Below are positions 53,201 through 64,000 of a stretch of 64,000 nt of DNA, piece after piece (position 1 is the first letter of the stretch; each line of letters begins with the position of its first letter). The notes below the pieces were generated by a model, which worked only from the letters and a program-made list of their open reading frames with translations, ran no database searches and had not been told where the DNA came from. The position numbers and the translations under genes were made by a program. The stretch comes from Vicugna vicugna (Eukaryota): assembly GCA_013265495.1 (NCBI GenBank), contig MU058844.1, positions 5,062,344 through 5,126,343 of the forward strand, given 5' to 3'.

Positions 53201-55639
53201 AAAGTGACTGCCAACATTTAACTAGCTGTTGTTTTTATGTTTCTTTTATTTTCCTGACCAACTCAATAATTTCTTCCTTTTTATTTTCTGTCATTTTAAA
53301 ATAATCTGTTGAGGGCATCTTTTCTCTTTACATCTACCAGTTGGTTTTTTTTTTTTTTCATTTATATGTATAATTTACCTATTTTCCTTCCCCACTCTTA
53401 AATGTTTGCTCCTTTCTTCGTTTCTCTTTCAAAATGCAATACAAAATAGCAAAATTTATTGTTTTGTAAGTAGTGTTTTTCCAAAGCATGTGAAAAGAAT
53501 TTAATTTAGAATAATTTTCCCTAATTCAAGTTTACAGTTTCATATTCTGATGTATATTATGAGATGCGGCCTACAATATTTCAAGCTTTAGGTCAGAAAG
53601 ACTTCCCAGAAAAGACACAATTCTTACATATTAGATTTTTTTTTTTGACATACAGTACATCATTATTTAGAGTGTAGTGCCAGAAAAATTGTTTCTACAA
53701 CTTAATATCTTTTTCTTCTAAGATGTGCACTTTTATAGTAATACCAAGACATAGAAGAACTTAAATGTTTGAAAAAGAAAATAGATCATCTGTATTAGTT
53801 TTTTGGCCATGATTAGTCACTGTCTTGATTGATATTATTAAAAATACTATTTTAATTGAGTAGAGTGCTTTATTTTACCTTTCATTTTTCTTTGGGTATC
53901 ATATATAGCATAAAAATTTTCAATAGCTTTCCATTTTATTTGCTGTTGCCTCTGGTGATTTATAAAACAGGACTTAAAATTCAGTTAAAACAACCCTCCT
54001 TTTCTTGGCAGGGTTTGGGAGTGCAGTCCCAGGCCCTGTAATAAATGGAGGTAGAGGGAAAGAGCTCTGGTCCTCTCTGTCTTGTCTTAGGTACCAGTGG
54101 CTTCCAGTCTACCAGTTCTATCCTCACGTGCAGGGAGAAGGGGTTAAAAATATATATATATATACACACACACACATATAAAAATATATAAATAAATGAA
54201 TATATATATAAATAAATGAATTCAATTCAAAACAACAAAAGTGATAGTCAAAAAGACAAAAAAGGACAAGTCAACATAAAATTAAATTGGTGTAAGTATC
54301 AAGAGCTAATGACTAAATACTTTAACATACCGCATAATAAGCACTTTATAAATGTTGACTAGCAATAATTGTTAAGATAATGATGATGCTCAAAGACCCA
54401 CCATTAATGAATGTTCAAGCTGATCACCCTTAAAGGTGGTAGAACAATGTAAGTGACAAAATAAATCCTATTAGGTGAAGGGTATAATCTAAGTAAACAG
54501 ATGGCATACCATGTCAAATGCAATAATAGCAAGAAGTCTGAGAATTTAACATGGTCCTAGACTACATTTTGTTGTTGTTTTATTTTCTAAGCACCATGGT
54601 TCACTCTTAAAATTGATGTATGTTCACTGATCTTTTTTTGTTTGTTTTCCTGTTCTATACATCTTTACTCAGATTTTTTTTCTCAGTGATTTGGAAAAGT
54701 TGTATTTATAAAAATGAGAGTCTGGATCTATTTTTTTCAATGCCATAACAATGATATAAACTTCAATATTAAAATAATAGACTCAGCACTTTAAAAAGTC
54801 ATACAACTGCTTAATTTAATATGTTAAGTAAAGGACAGGGAGACATTACTAATCATTATTTTACTATGCACACTTAGAAGGCTAACACTTATAAATCATT
54901 TCAAATAGAGAATTCTGTTTCTTCTTCCAAATAGAAAGCATCCAATCCAATTTAATTGTTTCATAAGCTAGCATCTTGTTGATTTTTCTCTAATCAGACC
55001 AAGAGTTGTCTGTAATTGCTTCATATTTAAAGCCTTAATGTGGTTCCTATTGACCAATCTTTATCATTAATTATTGAGTAAAGTGGTGTTATTTATATTT
55101 CCTAATTAACTTTAACTCTAATAGCCACTGAAATAGATTTTTGTGGATTTTTTGAGTCAAATTTACAAAGTGGCTTGATGAACATTACTTAAAACTATAA
55201 AATGCCTTACAGTTAACATTATACTTTAGTATGTGTAGTTCAAAATCATGACATTCCTTGAAGCAGTTACTTCCGATGGAATAAAATGTAAGACTGGTAA
55301 TGACTATTGTAGTAATATGATACATTTTAAACAATGCCAAAAATATTTATGTTTCTTGTAGCAACACCTTTCAGGTTTGCTTTTCAAATTTAAATTTGCA
55401 ACTTGAAGCCTTGAGCATAAAATGAAAACCAGACTGCTGGTATTCCTGGAAAATTCTGATTATACCAATGAGAAATAAAAGAATACTTTGGATTTGGGTT
55501 GTACCCTTTTAAATCTCAAAGGTCTTTCCAAATTAATTATGTCAAATATCGACATTAAATGTGTATTCACCAAAGGACTAAAGATATCCAATATCAAATG
55601 ATACTTAAATGTCAGTTATAGGAGAAACACAAAACAAAC

Positions 55640-56015
55640 TACTTGAGTGTTTAAATATGCCGCACACTTTCCTGTCATGGTGACCTTTCATGACCCTTTT
55701 TTCCCAGTGTTCTCTCCCAGGTAAGCTTATCCTTCAAGGCCAGCTCAATTACCAGCATTTATATTAGTCTTTCTGTGATGTTCCTCCCTGGAATTAATGG
55801 CTTCTGTTTCTCTGCTTCTATAAAACCATGTAGTTAACCTCTATTACAGCATGTTTCACATGGTATTATAATTGTCTCCTTTAGGTATTTGCTTCTCCAA
55901 AAGACTTCATGTTTCTTGAAGAAGAGGTCTAATTTTGGCAGATTTAGTGTCCTCAGCTCAAGGCACAAAGTCTAACTCATTTCCATTACTTAATCCGTTA
56001 TTTGATGAATGAGTA
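55640..56015 (+). mobile_element. L2 3' fragment
   Basis: TATCCTTCAAGGCCAGCTCAA...TTCTTGAAGAAGAGG...TGTCCTCAGCTCAAGGCACA...TTTGATGAATGAGT. Confidence 0.65.
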
Positions 56016-57147
56016 AATATACAGTCAGTCAAGAGAGTAGCCCAATCCAGATTTGAGGCTGGAATGAATGATCATGCTGTAACCTACAAAGTTTGTTAAG
56101 CTAGGTACTGGCAAACCACATGGGAATGTCTTTCTGGGAGTTGGTTCTTATTTGGCTTTTAGTAGATGTTGTATTTGTGAACCAATTGACCTGGACTGCA
56201 CAAAAAGTTAGTACTGCCTGCTTTGGCTTTCTCACGTGAATTACACTTCTGTGCTGCCTAACAAGCATTCTGAAATATCAGGCCTGACACGGACTGAAGT
56301 TAATGATGATAACTCAGGGTGTAGGCATGCATTTTATGGTTCTAACTTCACTGATTTAAAAGCCAGAATAAAACTTCAGATAAAACTGTAACTTACAAAA
56401 CCCACAGCCATCTGTGGGAGACCCCATTGGAATTAAACATATTAGAGGAGGCTGTCAAAAGTGTTAAGTTACTTTCTGAGTGTAAGTCTTTCTCTAAGGT
56501 GACTTAAGTACTGTAGGTCTCCAGAAGAACATTTATTATTTAGTATTATAACCTGTCTTCTGGTCTAAAACACCAATGTGTTGGCCATATTCTGACATTC
56601 TATCTTTTTCATCCAGCATGTGTGGGTCCAAAATAGTTCTTCTCTGAAGGTTTTACTTTATCTGGATAGAATTGTACTTAGTCAGGAATATCCTAGAAAA
56701 GCCTCTTGTTGTATTTAGAACTCCTAAGGTTTTATATTTGTGACAAAGTTACTGAGTATTCATATAAGTCACGCCCCAGTGTCTAAGCCCCAGGTTAGTC
56801 ACGTAACTTCTCTGTATCTGGATTTATTCTATGGTGGATGAGCAGTGTAGTATAAAAAATGTCTTCAAATTCACAAACTAAAGTTTTTACAGAGTAAAAC
56901 TCTCTTCCGTAGCAGAGGCAAGAGAAAGTTTAGACCCATTAATATGACTGAAGTCAGCTCTATGTACTTGCTGGCAATCTCAAGCCAGGCCTCTCCAGTG
57001 GGTCCCTGGCTTGCTTTGCGTGTTCTGTTCCAGTTCATGATTTCTACTTCTATCTCTGACATGAGTATGATGCAAACATCAGTCCACTGATACCAGAATT
57101 TTATATTCCATTAATTCTGAGGTATTTTTCCCCCAGTGAGTTAACAA

Positions 57148-57292
57148 TTTTTCACTGAAGTGTAGTTGACTTACAATATGATATTTGATTCAGGTGTGTG
57201 ACATAGTGATTCAACATTTTTACAGATTATGCTCCATATAAAGTTATTATAAAATATTGTCTATATTGCCTATGCTGTACATTGCATCCATT
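57148..57292 (-). mobile_element. Short L1 3' end, same family as the adjacent long L1
   Basis: GAAGTGTAGTTGACTTACAATA...CATAGTGATTCAACATTTTTACAGATTATGCTCCAT...TTATAAAATATTG. Confidence 0.8.
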
Positions 57293-57642
57293 ACATCCTT
57301 CTGTCAGTTGATCTACCTCTAGCTATCTCTCTCTCTCTCCAAAGCAGGATGGTTGTTTCATTTATTTATTCAAAACATTTATAACAACTCTAATAGAAAT
57401 ATACCTAAGTCTTCAACAGAAGGATAGTGTTCACCAGTTAAATTATGGTAATCATCATATGTAACCAATTAAAATTATATTAATCAGGGGGTCTTACTTT
57501 AGAAGGTTTCATGCAAAAAATATAGAACACTGCATTGTCTGCCTAGTATGTACTCAATGCATAGAAAGCGTTTAGAACCCAGCATCCCCAAATATGATTT
57601 CTATAAGTGATGGTATTATAGGCAAGCTGCTCTTCACTCTTC

Positions 57643-60600
57643 TTTTTTTTTATGGAAGTATAGTTTATTTACAATAATACATTTATTTCAAGTGTAAAAC
57701 ATACTGATTCAATATTTTTACAAATTATACTCCATTTAAAGGTATTATAAAATATTGGATATATTTTCTCTGCTAGTTATTACCCTGTTATATCTTATTT
57801 TATACCTAGTTGTTTGTACCTTTTAATCCCCTTCACCTATTTTGTCCCTCCCCTCAACCCTCTCCTCATTGATAACCACTAGTTTGTGCTCTGTATGTGT
57901 GAGTCAGTTTCTGTTTTATTATATGGTTTATTTTATATTTTAGATTCCACATATAAGTGAAAACATACAGTATTTGTCATTCTCTGTCTGACTCATTTCA
58001 CCAAGCATAATACCCACCAGGTCCATCTATGTTGTTACAAGTGGCAAGATTTCATTCTTTTTTATGGCTGAGTAATATTCCATTGTGAATAAGAGTGTGT
58101 GTGTGTATCCTCATCTTTATCTATTCATCTACTGATGGGTATTTATTTAGTTTGCTTCCATATCTGGGCTATTGTAAATCATGCCACTATGAACACTGCA
58201 GTGCATATATATTTTGAATTAGTTCATTGGCTATATACCCAGGAGTGGACTTGCTGGATAATATGGTAGTTCTGTTTTTAATTTTTTGAGGAAATCCTAT
58301 ACTGTTTCCATATGAGCTATACCAATTTACACTCCCACCGACATATTCCCAACCCTAGGGTACTAGGGTTCCCTTTCCTCTACATCCTTGCCAGTACTTG
58401 TTATTTCTTATCTTTTTGACATCAGCTATTCTGATAGGTGTGGGATGATATCTCATTGTGGTTTTGATTTGCATTTCCCTGATAATTAGTGATACTGAAC
58501 ATCTTTTTCTATGCCTGTTGGCTATCTGTAGGTCTTTATTGGAAAATGTCTTTTTAGGTCTTCTGCCCATTTTTAATTGTCTTTTTTATGTTGAGTCATA
58601 TGTATTCTTTATATATTTTAGATATCTACCCCTTATCAGACACAGCATTTGCAAAAATCCTCTCATTCAGTAGGTTGCCTTTTTGTTTTATTGATGGTTA
58701 CCCTTGATGTGCCAAAGCTTTTAAGTTTAATTAGGTCCATTCATTTATTTTTGCTCTTGTTTCCCTTGCCCGAGCAGACAGAACCAAAAAATATATAGAT
58801 ACAGATATATAGATAAGGCCTATGTAAAAGAATGTATTGCCTATGTTTTCTTCTAGGAGTTTTATGGTTTCAGGTCTTAGATTTAGGTCTTTAATCCACT
58901 TTGAGTTTATTGTATATAGTGTGAGAAAATGTTCTAATTTTATTCTTTAACATGTAGCTCTCTGGTTTTTCCAGCACCACTTATTGAAGAAACCTTTCCC
59001 CATTGTATATTCTTGCCTCCTTGAATCTAGATTATTGACCACATGTGCATGGGTTTATTTCTGGGCTCTATATTCTGTTCCATTGATCCATGTGTCTGGT
59101 TTTATGCAAATACCAGATTGTTTTGATTACTGTAGCTTTGCAGTATAGTGTGTAGTCTGGGAGTGTGAGACCTCCAGCTTTGTTCTTTTTTCTCAACATT
59201 GTTTTGGCTATTCAGCATCTTTTGTTTTTCCATACAGACTTTAGAAATATTTTTTCTAGTCTGTGAAAAACATCATGGATATTTTGATATGGATTATATT
59301 AAATCTGTAGATTGCTTTTGGTATTAGGACAATTTTAATAATAAATTCTTCCAATCCATGAGCATGGAATGTCCTTCCATTTCTTTATGTCAACTTCAGT
59401 TTCCTTCATGAGTGTTTTAGTTTTCAGAGTGTAGGTCTTTCACCTCCTTGGTTAAATGCATTCTTAGGTAGTTTAGTCTTTTTGATGAGATTTTAAATAG
59501 AATTTTTTTGAATTGCTTTCTCAGATAGTTCATTAATACTGTATAGAAAAGCAACTTTTGTGTGTGTGTGTGAGTAAAAGTAGATTTATTCAGAGAGATA
59601 CACACTCCATAGACAGAGTGTAGGCCATCTCAGAAGGCAAGATAGGCCTAGGAGATACACATTCCATACGTAGAATGCAGGCATCTTAGAAGGGAGAGCC
59701 CTTGAAGGATGGGGCGAGGAAGAATGAGATCAGTGAGATTTCTGTATATTCACTTTGAATCCTGCAACTACATTGAATCCTTTTATTAGTTCTAATAGTT
59801 TTTTGAAAGAGTTTTTAGGATTTTCTATGTATAGTATCAAATCATCTGCAAATAGTGACAGTTTTACTACTTTCCTTCCAATTTGGATGCTTTTTCTTTT
59901 TCTTTCTTTTTTTTTTTTGATCCAAGTGCTGTGATTAGGATTTCCAATACTATTTTAAATAGAAATGGTGAGAGATGGCATTGTCTTATTTTTGATCTTA
60001 GAGTAAAAACTTTAAGCTTTTCACCCTTGAATATGACATTAGCTGTGGGTTTGTCATATATATAGCCTTTATTATGTTGAGGTATGTTTCCTCTATGTCC
60101 ATTTTGTTAATTTTTATCACAGATGTATGTTGAATTTTGTCAAATGCTTTTTCTGCATCTATTGAGATGATCATATGATTTTTTTATTCTTCATTTTGTT
60201 AATGTGATCTATCATGCTGATTGACCTGAGGATGTTGAGCCATCTTGCATCGCTGGAATAAATTCCACTTGATCATTGTGTATGATCCTTTCAGTGTATT
60301 GTTGAATTCATTTTGCAAGTATTTTGCTGAGGATTTTTGCATCTTTGTTCATCAGTGATACTGGTTTGTAATTTTCTTGTTTTTGGTAGTGTTGTCTCAT
60401 TTTATTATCAGGGTAAGAATGAGTTTGGGAGTGCTCCCTCTTCTTCAATTTTTTGAAATAGAGAAAAATAGGTATCAACTCTTCTTTCAGTGGCTGGCAA
60501 GATTCCACTGTGGAGCCATCTGGTCCTGGACTTTAGTTTGTTGAGAGTTACTTGATTATTGATTCAATTTCAATACTAGTAATTGATCTGTCCAGATTAT

Positions 60601-63600
60601 CTGTTTCTTGCTGATTCACCCTTGTAAGATTGCATTTTTCTAGGAATATATCCATTTCTTTTAAGTTGTCCAATTTGTTGGCATATAACTATTCAAAGTA
60701 TTTTCTTATAATTGTTTCTTTTTCTGTGATACTGGTTTCAATATCTTCTCTTTCAATTCTAATTTTCTTTTTTTGCATCCTTTTTTTCTTAATGAGCCTG
60801 GCTAACAGTCTATCAGTTTTCTTCTTTGTTTTCAAAGAACCAGCTCTTAGTTTCACTACCTTTTCTATTTTTTCTTTGGTTTCTATATTATTTATTTATG
60901 TTCAGCTCTTTATTATTTCCTTCCTTCTACTGATTTGGGCTTTATTTATTCTTATAATTCCTTTAGATGGAAATTTAGATTGCTTATTTGAGATTTTTCT
61001 TGTTTCTTAAGGGAGGCCCATATCTCTATAGAATTACCTCTTAGAACTATTTTTGTTGCATCCTATAGATTTTGGAAAGTTGTTCATATTTTTTATTTGT
61101 CTCAAGATAATTCCTGACTTCCTCTTTGATTACTGATTTGACTCATTGGTATTTTAGTAGCAATGTTTAGTCTCCATACGTTTGTATATTTTCTGTTTTT
61201 ATTACTGTAATTGATATCTAGCTTTATACCATTTGTGGTCAGAAAAGATGTTTGATACTATTTTGATCTTTTAAAATTTATTAAAACTTGTTTTGTGGCA
61301 TAGCATGCAATCTGTCCTAGAGAAAGTTCCATGTGTTCTTGAATGTATATTCTGCTATTTTTGGATGGATTGTCCTGTAGATAATCTATTAAGTCCATCT
61401 GGTCTAGAGTGTCATTTAGGGCTATTGTTTTCCTACTGACTTTCTGTCTCAATGATCTAGCCATTGATGTAAGTAGGCCCTTACTATTATTGAATTACTG
61501 TCAATTGCTCCTTTATGTCTGTTAGTATTTGCTGTCTATATTTAGGTGTTTCTATATTGATGCATATATGTTTATAAATGTTACATCCTATTCTTGAATT
61601 GACCCATTTAACATTATTATCTCCTTCTTTGTCTTTCATTATAGACTTTGTTTTAAAGTCTACTTTGTCTAATGTGAGTATTGCTATCCTCTCTTTCTTG
61701 TTGTTTTCTTTGCATGAAGTATCTTTTCCATACCCTCACTTTCAGTCTGTGAGTCCTAGCTCTGAAGCAAGTTTTCTTGTAGGCAGCATATAGATGGATC
61801 TTTATTTTTTGTCCAATTAGCCACCCTATGTCTTTTGATTGCAGCATTTAGTCCATTTATATTTAAAATGAAAAAGTGATTATTAATACGTATGTTCTTA
61901 TTGCCACTTTGTTACTTGTTTTCTGGTTGTTTTTGTAGTTCTTCTATTCTTTTTTCCTTCTTTTAGTCTCTTTTCTTGCAGCTTGATGATTTTCTTTAGT
62001 GTTATATCTGGGCATCTGTCTCTTTAATATTTGTGTATATATTGTACATCTTGATTTGTGGTTACCAAATCAAGTTTATATATGATAGACTGTGTCTATT
62101 TGTTCTAAACTGATAATCATTTAAGTTCAAATACATTCTAAAGATCTACATTTTTTACTCTCATGTTTTGTGTTTTTGATGTCATATTTCACATCTTCAT
62201 GTCTATCCCTTAACTGTTTACTGCAGTTATAGCTGATTTTACTATTTTTTTCTTTTAGCCTTCATGCTAGACTTTGTAAGCTGATCCACTGCTTTTGCTA
62301 TATTTGCTTTTACCAGTAAGATTTTTCCCTTTCAATGTTTTTGTATTTCTTGCTGTATCCTTTTGTTTTTCAACTAAAGATGATTCTTTAACAAACATTT
62401 CTTGTAAAGTCAACTTAGTAGCAATGACATTTAGTTTTCGCTTGTTTAGGAAACTTTCTCTCCCCTTCAATTCTAAATGATAACTTTGCTGGTTAGAATA
62501 TTCTAGGTTGTATGTTTTTCTCTTTCAGCACCTTAAGTATGTCACGTCACTCACTTCTGGCCTGCACAGTTTCTGCTGAAAAATCAGTTCATAGCCTTAT
62601 GGGGCTTCCCTTGTATGTGATGCTTGTTTTTCTCTTGATGCCTTTAAGATTCTCTATCTTTAAATTTTAACATTTTTATTATTTCTTCAAAATAAGTTTT
62701 CTGTCCCTTCTCTCTTCTTCTGAGATACCTAGCTTTATATTGTCCCACAGGTCCCTTAAACTCTCTTCATTTTTAAAAATTCTTTTTTTTTTTTTGTTCT
62801 GATTAGGTAATTGCCACTATTCTCTCTTCCGTTGCTTATGTGTTCTTCTGTATCTGTCTGCTGTTAATTTCTTCTATTATAGTTTTCATTTCAGTTATTG
62901 TATTCTTTAGCTCTGATTTTGTTTCTACTTCTTTGCTGAAGTTCTGACTGTGTTCTCCTATTCTTTTCCGGAGCTCAGTTAGGATTTTTTTTTTTACTAC
63001 TGTTACCTGATAAAGCATTTGAGGCAAGTTATTTATCTCCACGTCAGTAGGGTTTTCTCTGGGGTTTTATATTGTTCTTTCATTTGAAATATATCCATCT
63101 GTTTTCTTATTGTGTTTGACTGTTTCTCTATGAACTTAGGTAAAACAGTTATCTACCCTGGCCTTGAGGGTCTTGTGTGAGAGTGTCCCTATGCAGTCTG
63201 GTGTGCCCAGTGGCTTTGTTGGGAGAATTGTATCTGAAATGTACACAGGCTGCATCTTCTCCTGGGGTACACTGGCAGCTGCCACCTTGGAAGAAGATAA
63301 GACTGGAGCTGGAGGAGCTAGAGCTGGAGTCAGGTGTGAGCTAGGCCTAGTGGTGGTCGCAGCATTATCAGGGAAGGGGATGAGGCCTGAGGGTTTGGAG
63401 CAGGAACCAAGGGGGTTAGGATTCTCCCCAGCATGATGGCACACTCTGCCTTGGTTGGAGCATAGAAGGAGCCGGAGGACTTGGGGCCGCGCCTTTGTGC
63501 TGGTTCTGATTTTTCCTGGGTACATGCACTCTGATTAGAGGTGGGGGTAGGGCCCAAGGGGTGGGAGCTGCACTTCTGAGCAAGCTGTCTCTGGGTCTTG

Positions 63601-64000
63601 GTGCTGCGCAGATGCAGGGCTGGAGCTTGAGCTGGTGCTGCTCCTTTCCCAGTGTGTGTATGTGTTGGCAATGGTGGCCTGTGCTTTAGCAGGAAGCAGG
63701 GCTGGAGAAGGAGCCCAGTGTGGGCTCAGGTGCACACTAGGGTGGTCCTAGCAGGCTGGCCTGAGCACCAGTCAGTTTTTAATTGGGTGCAAGCAAATTT
63801 GTCTGCATGTTCCAGAGCAGAGTCTTGGTTTTCTTCAGCCCTCTGGTAAGCCCCACTAGTTTTCAGTCCAGCTAAGGGGCTTATTCTCCTCAGTGTCAGA
63901 CCCTGAGGCTGAGGTGACTAAGATAGGTCTCAAATCCTTTACTCCTTAGGAAGGATCCCTGAGTCCCTGACATCCTCCTCCTCTCAATGAGCCATCTGCT
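57643..64000 (-). mobile_element. Near full-length, decayed LINE-1: 3'UTR, ORF2 (~58200-61900), ORF1 (~62250-63050) and GC-rich 5'UTR running off the window
   Basis: Minus-strand ORF fragments: KRCSVSLIIREMQIKTTMRYHPTPIR (ORF2 C-terminus), ENYKPVSLMNKDAKILSKILA (Z/RT start), ALNDTLDQMDLID and THRLKVRVWK (endonuclease), ELKNTITEMKTIIEEINSR (ORF1 coiled coil). Many stops and frameshifts. Confidence 0.95.
59556..59735 (-). mobile_element. ERV LTR R-region-like fragment with tail, inserted in L1 ORF2
   Basis: L1 sequence GCAAC|AGATTTCTGTATATT is interrupted by 180 bp. The insert contains a tandem pair GAGATACACA(C/T)TCCATA...GGC(C)ATCT(C/T)AGAAGG and, on the minus strand, AATAAATCTACTTTTACT followed by (CA)n-AAAA. 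Confidence 0.65.

Noticed and set aside
54148..54222. TA/CA microsatellite with duplicated TATATAAATAAATGAA
   Set aside because: Ordinary slippage repeat; no repeat-spacer (CRISPR-like) structure was seen anywhere in the window.
1051..63849. ORF-track ORFs as host genes
   Set aside because: All are short. Those with recognisable residues are broken L1 ORF1/ORF2 fragments. The rest lie in LTR, MIR or L2 remnants or are low-complexity chance frames.
63100..64000. GC-rich region with several overlapping ORFs as a gene or promoter
   Set aside because: Position and strand match the 5'UTR of the adjacent L1; it is CpG-depleted, and the ORFs are a by-product of GC content.

Overview
AT-rich mammalian genomic DNA, almost certainly camelid (camel, alpaca or vicuna), based on a tRNA-Ala-derived Vic-1-type SINE and a young camelid-type L1 3' end. 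I found no recognisable host protein-coding exon. The ORF track is either chance ORFs or decayed LINE-1 ORF1/ORF2 fragments. The window is a mosaic of old eutherian repeats (L1M, L2, MIR, MER21, MLT1, MER33/53/58, a Tigger-like MITE) and younger insertions, including an ERV1 solo LTR with a 4-bp TSD and a near full-length decayed L1 at the right end. L1s and LTRs are mostly on the minus strand, which suggests a long intron of a plus-strand gene (inference). The most notable items are: a ~290-bp retrocopy of the extreme 3' end of HIF1A mRNA; a CpG-rich ancient L1 5' end next to a young solo LTR; a polyadenylated ERV-transcript fragment inside an L1; a recursive-splice-like site with a 24-nt microexon; and a perfect 15-bp hairpin. 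I see no convincing new multi-gene system. Family names come from my recall of consensus sequences, not from a database search, and boundaries of old repeats are approximate.
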